NCBI GenBank assembly: GCA_950097015.1
Contig: CATNEN010000002.1
Span: 8,370,001 to 8,434,000 of the forward strand
DNA: 64,000 nt
Reading direction: 5' to 3'
Source of the DNA: Macrostomum hystrix
Lineage: Eukaryota; Animalia; Platyhelminthes
How positions within the stretch are numbered: position 1 is the first letter of the stretch; each line of letters opens with the position of its first letter. The position numbers and the translations under genes were made by a program. Below the pieces are notes generated by a model, which worked only from the letters and a program-made list of their open reading frames with translations, did not search any database and was not told the origin of the DNA. Positions 61,538-64,000 of this stretch are shown one piece after another.

Positions 61538-61659
61538 TCATCGAGCAGTCCGGACGTGGTGGACGCCGTTCCGGTCATCATCATCTCGCCAGAGTCATCG
61601 CTGTCAACGCTGCCCTGCTTTCTGACAACGTCGCGAATCAGACTCTGCATCGCCGACAT
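61538..61659 (-). CDS. Candidate alternative first exon E of the Hv gene (not in ORF track)
   Basis: MSAMQSLIRDVVRKQGSVDSDDSGEMMMTGTASTTSGLLDE, phase-2 donor gtgagt; in-frame stop 14 codons upstream. Confidence 0.6.
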
Positions 61660-62693
61660 CCTTGAGCTCTGTTTATCAAATGCAGCACTGCCAGGACTTC
61701 ACTGTCAGAGGAACTCCGGATGCTGTGCAGTTTTCGTGGTGGCAGTGCGGTAGCTTTCTTTCACTTGCCAGAATAGAATCCCTAGTGGACTCGTTAAAAA
61801 CTTAGGAGATGGCCGCCTTGACGGCTTGAGAGAAGGCTGGGAGACCCGGGATTGGAAGGGGTTAGACTGACTGGGTGAATTCACTGTCGATTGGAAGCCG
61901 CGACTGTTTGGCGAGTGTTACCATGCGGACCTGGCAACTCAGGGCAGCTGTGCCTGCTAGCCAATGAGCGCTGGCTAAGGATGAAGCACTTTGTGAGAAT
62001 GGCTGAGTGCTTTCATGAGCTCCATGCGCCACTCGAGATGGCACTGACCAAATATGGGAAAAATAAACAAGCATTCGACGGCGCTGCACGCTGCCAGCCC
62101 GACAAGATTTGCTGCGGCGCGAATGAGGGGAATTGAATTTGCAGTCTCAGCTCGCAAGACACAATCGGACAATCAAGAAGTTCTTTTCTAAAGGCATGAG
62201 TAAAAGTCTGCGAGCACAGCAATTGCTTGCTCTGTATGCGCGACATCAGCCGTATGACAAATAGCGCTATTGTGATAACAAGAAATAATGCATTTTTCAG
62301 TAGGTAAAGTAGGTCATTGGTTTAGGCAATTGGTCTGAGAGGTGTTGCAAGCCCTGGGCCTCGAGCACCATTGATCAGAGCTCTTCTGCAATCAGCTAAG
62401 AGCTAGTACTTGTGTAAACCAAAGTTCGAGAAAAAAAACTTATTGAAATAGGCATAAGCCAAGCAAAACTCAAATATAAGTAGCTTTTTCGCATACATTC
62501 TGTTAGTTCGAAAATAGTGCATAAATTACTGTTCTATTAATAGGACATTGTCTTGTAAGTAAAATATATATTGCGAGCCAGGGGGAGGAGGGTCGATTAT
62601 TTAAGAATATCATTATGGGTTGTCCGACATATTATCTGCATACGGTATGAGTATACATATCTCGTGCGCAAATACAAACTCAAAGGCAGGAAG

Positions 62694-62760
62694 GTGAGTG
62701 CATGGTAGAGTTGTCTATAACGCGTTTGCCTCTCGCACCAAGGTCCCTGAGCTCGATTTT
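62694..62760 (+). mobile_element. SINE family A head fragment (also ~31355-31410 and diverged ~13030-13110)
   Basis: ACGCGTTTGCCTCTCGCACCAAGGTCCCTGAGCTCGATT identical to 30624-30661. Confidence 0.75.
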
Positions 62761-62769
62761 TTGGCTCCA

Positions 62770-63125
62770 AGGGTGTTGTAGCCTAGTGGTTAGTAGGGCA
62801 CTCACGACTTTGCATCGGACTCACGCGACTTGAAGGTCGGGGGGTTCGATTCCCGACTCCGCTCTGTAGAAAAAATTTTGTACTTAAACTCTGCTTAAAG
62901 CTTCAAGCAATTCCTGACCAGTCTTTTAACATCAATCTCTATTGCTCAGTTTACCGGCCAGCTGTTAAAGCGAGTACCAGTGTAATCTGGGGGTATTTAT
63001 CAGGGTATGGTGCCCCTAAGTCCATGAACTGAACAGCCGCACGCAGCCTTCAGATGCTGCGTGACAGCTGCGGCTGTGCTATCAGTAGCACGTCTAAGCA
63101 ATCGTGGCATGTATAATAATACAAA
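62770..63125 (+). mobile_element. SINE family B, diverged copy
   Basis: Same head (GGGTGTTGTAGCCTAGTGGTTAG..GGTTCGATTCCCGAC), CORE remnant and 3' domain. Confidence 0.75.
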
Positions 63126-63719
63126 ATAACATTATTACACATGAGAATTTGCACTGACTTTGTACCTTCCTGAAATTTCACGAAGTAACGAGCACAGACA
63201 TAATAAAAAGATGACCTAATTGATTAGAAAAAAATCAATTGATCAGAGACAAGTAAATCTGAATTTATTCAAAACAAATTATTTTGTAATTTTTTGCTAG
63301 ATGTCATTGAATAATTATGTATTTGTTTATTTATTACTAAAAATTAGCATTTTAAATGTCGATTTACGTCCCTGTTCGAAACTTAAGGAAAAAGATCTAA
63401 ATATTCAGCTACTCTTATCTCGATCTTGCAAGTCAGTTGTAAGTATTATTTAGTCGGAAGACATATTGTTGTTTAGATATTAGGCAATTTTTATGCTAGG
63501 TTCTCAAGCCTTGTCTTTACTATAGTGCATATAGGAGAACAGGTCGCAGACATCATTGACATTAATATTAAGTAAAAAAATATATTTGTATATTACCATT
63601 CCTTGTTCTAACTTATTTTAGATTTGATAAAGAATATTTACGATCCAATCCCAATTTGCTTGGTATTTACCAACAGCGCATTTTGTCAATAAGGGTTCAC
63701 AATCCTTCATTTAAATTAC

Positions 63720-63998
63720 CTCCAGGCCGTTCCTCGCCAAGGTCTCTGCAACCCAGAGGACTATAATGCTGCACATGTTGGCAGGCCTGGCACCTCCTGG
63801 GCCGCCTCCTCCAGCTCCACCGGCAGGGCCTGGCCCTCCTGCACCTCCGATTCCTCCTGCAGGTCTTCCTCCTCCACCACCAGCCGCTCCTCCGCCTACT
63901 GCATTGCCGGGAGCCACAAATGTGACCCTTGCAAGGGCCCCATTCGGAATTCTGTTCTTGTTTAGATGAAACTGCGGGGTGTGACCGGTAGTTGCCAC
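63720..63998 (-). CDS. Internal coding exon of an unidentified gene with a Gly-rich insert
   Basis: ag|VATTGHTPQFHLNKNRIPNGALARVTFVAPG(Gly-rich)NMCSIIVLWVAETLARNGLE|gtaatt; GC-rich island in AT-rich DNA; family not recognised. Confidence 0.55.
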
Positions 63999-64000
63999 CT

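Overview
Animal genomic DNA with GC-rich, Ala/Gly/Ser-rich exons, AT-rich spacers and a different minisatellite in nearly every large intron. This style resembles the flatworm Macrostomum lignano (inference, not verified). All gene models are on the minus strand and were assembled by hand from GT-AG sites with phase checks. (1) The 5' part of a SMARCC/BAF155-170 SWI/SNF subunit, which continues off the left edge. (2) A 7-exon, ~746-aa DOK7-like PH-PTB adaptor with a Gab/FRS2-like tyrosine-motif tail. (3) An intronless LamG-3xEGF single-pass membrane protein. (4) A very large Hv1-type voltage-gated proton channel gene spanning about 23.5-61.7 kb. It keeps the S1 selectivity Asp but has only two S4 arginines (LLWRxxR), a ~140-aa S1-S2 loop with four N-glycosylation sequons and a ~310-aa C-terminal tail. 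Five candidate alternative first coding exons all end in a phase-2 donor that fits one shared phase-2 acceptor. (5) One unidentified coding exon at the right edge. Mobile DNA comprises two tRNA-derived SINE families (one with a CORE domain and a 12-bp TSD), a MITE with an 8-bp TSD and two decayed LINE fragments joined head-to-head. The long ORFs in the supplied track at 39-41, 47-48, 52-55 and 59-61 kb are artefacts of tandem repeats.
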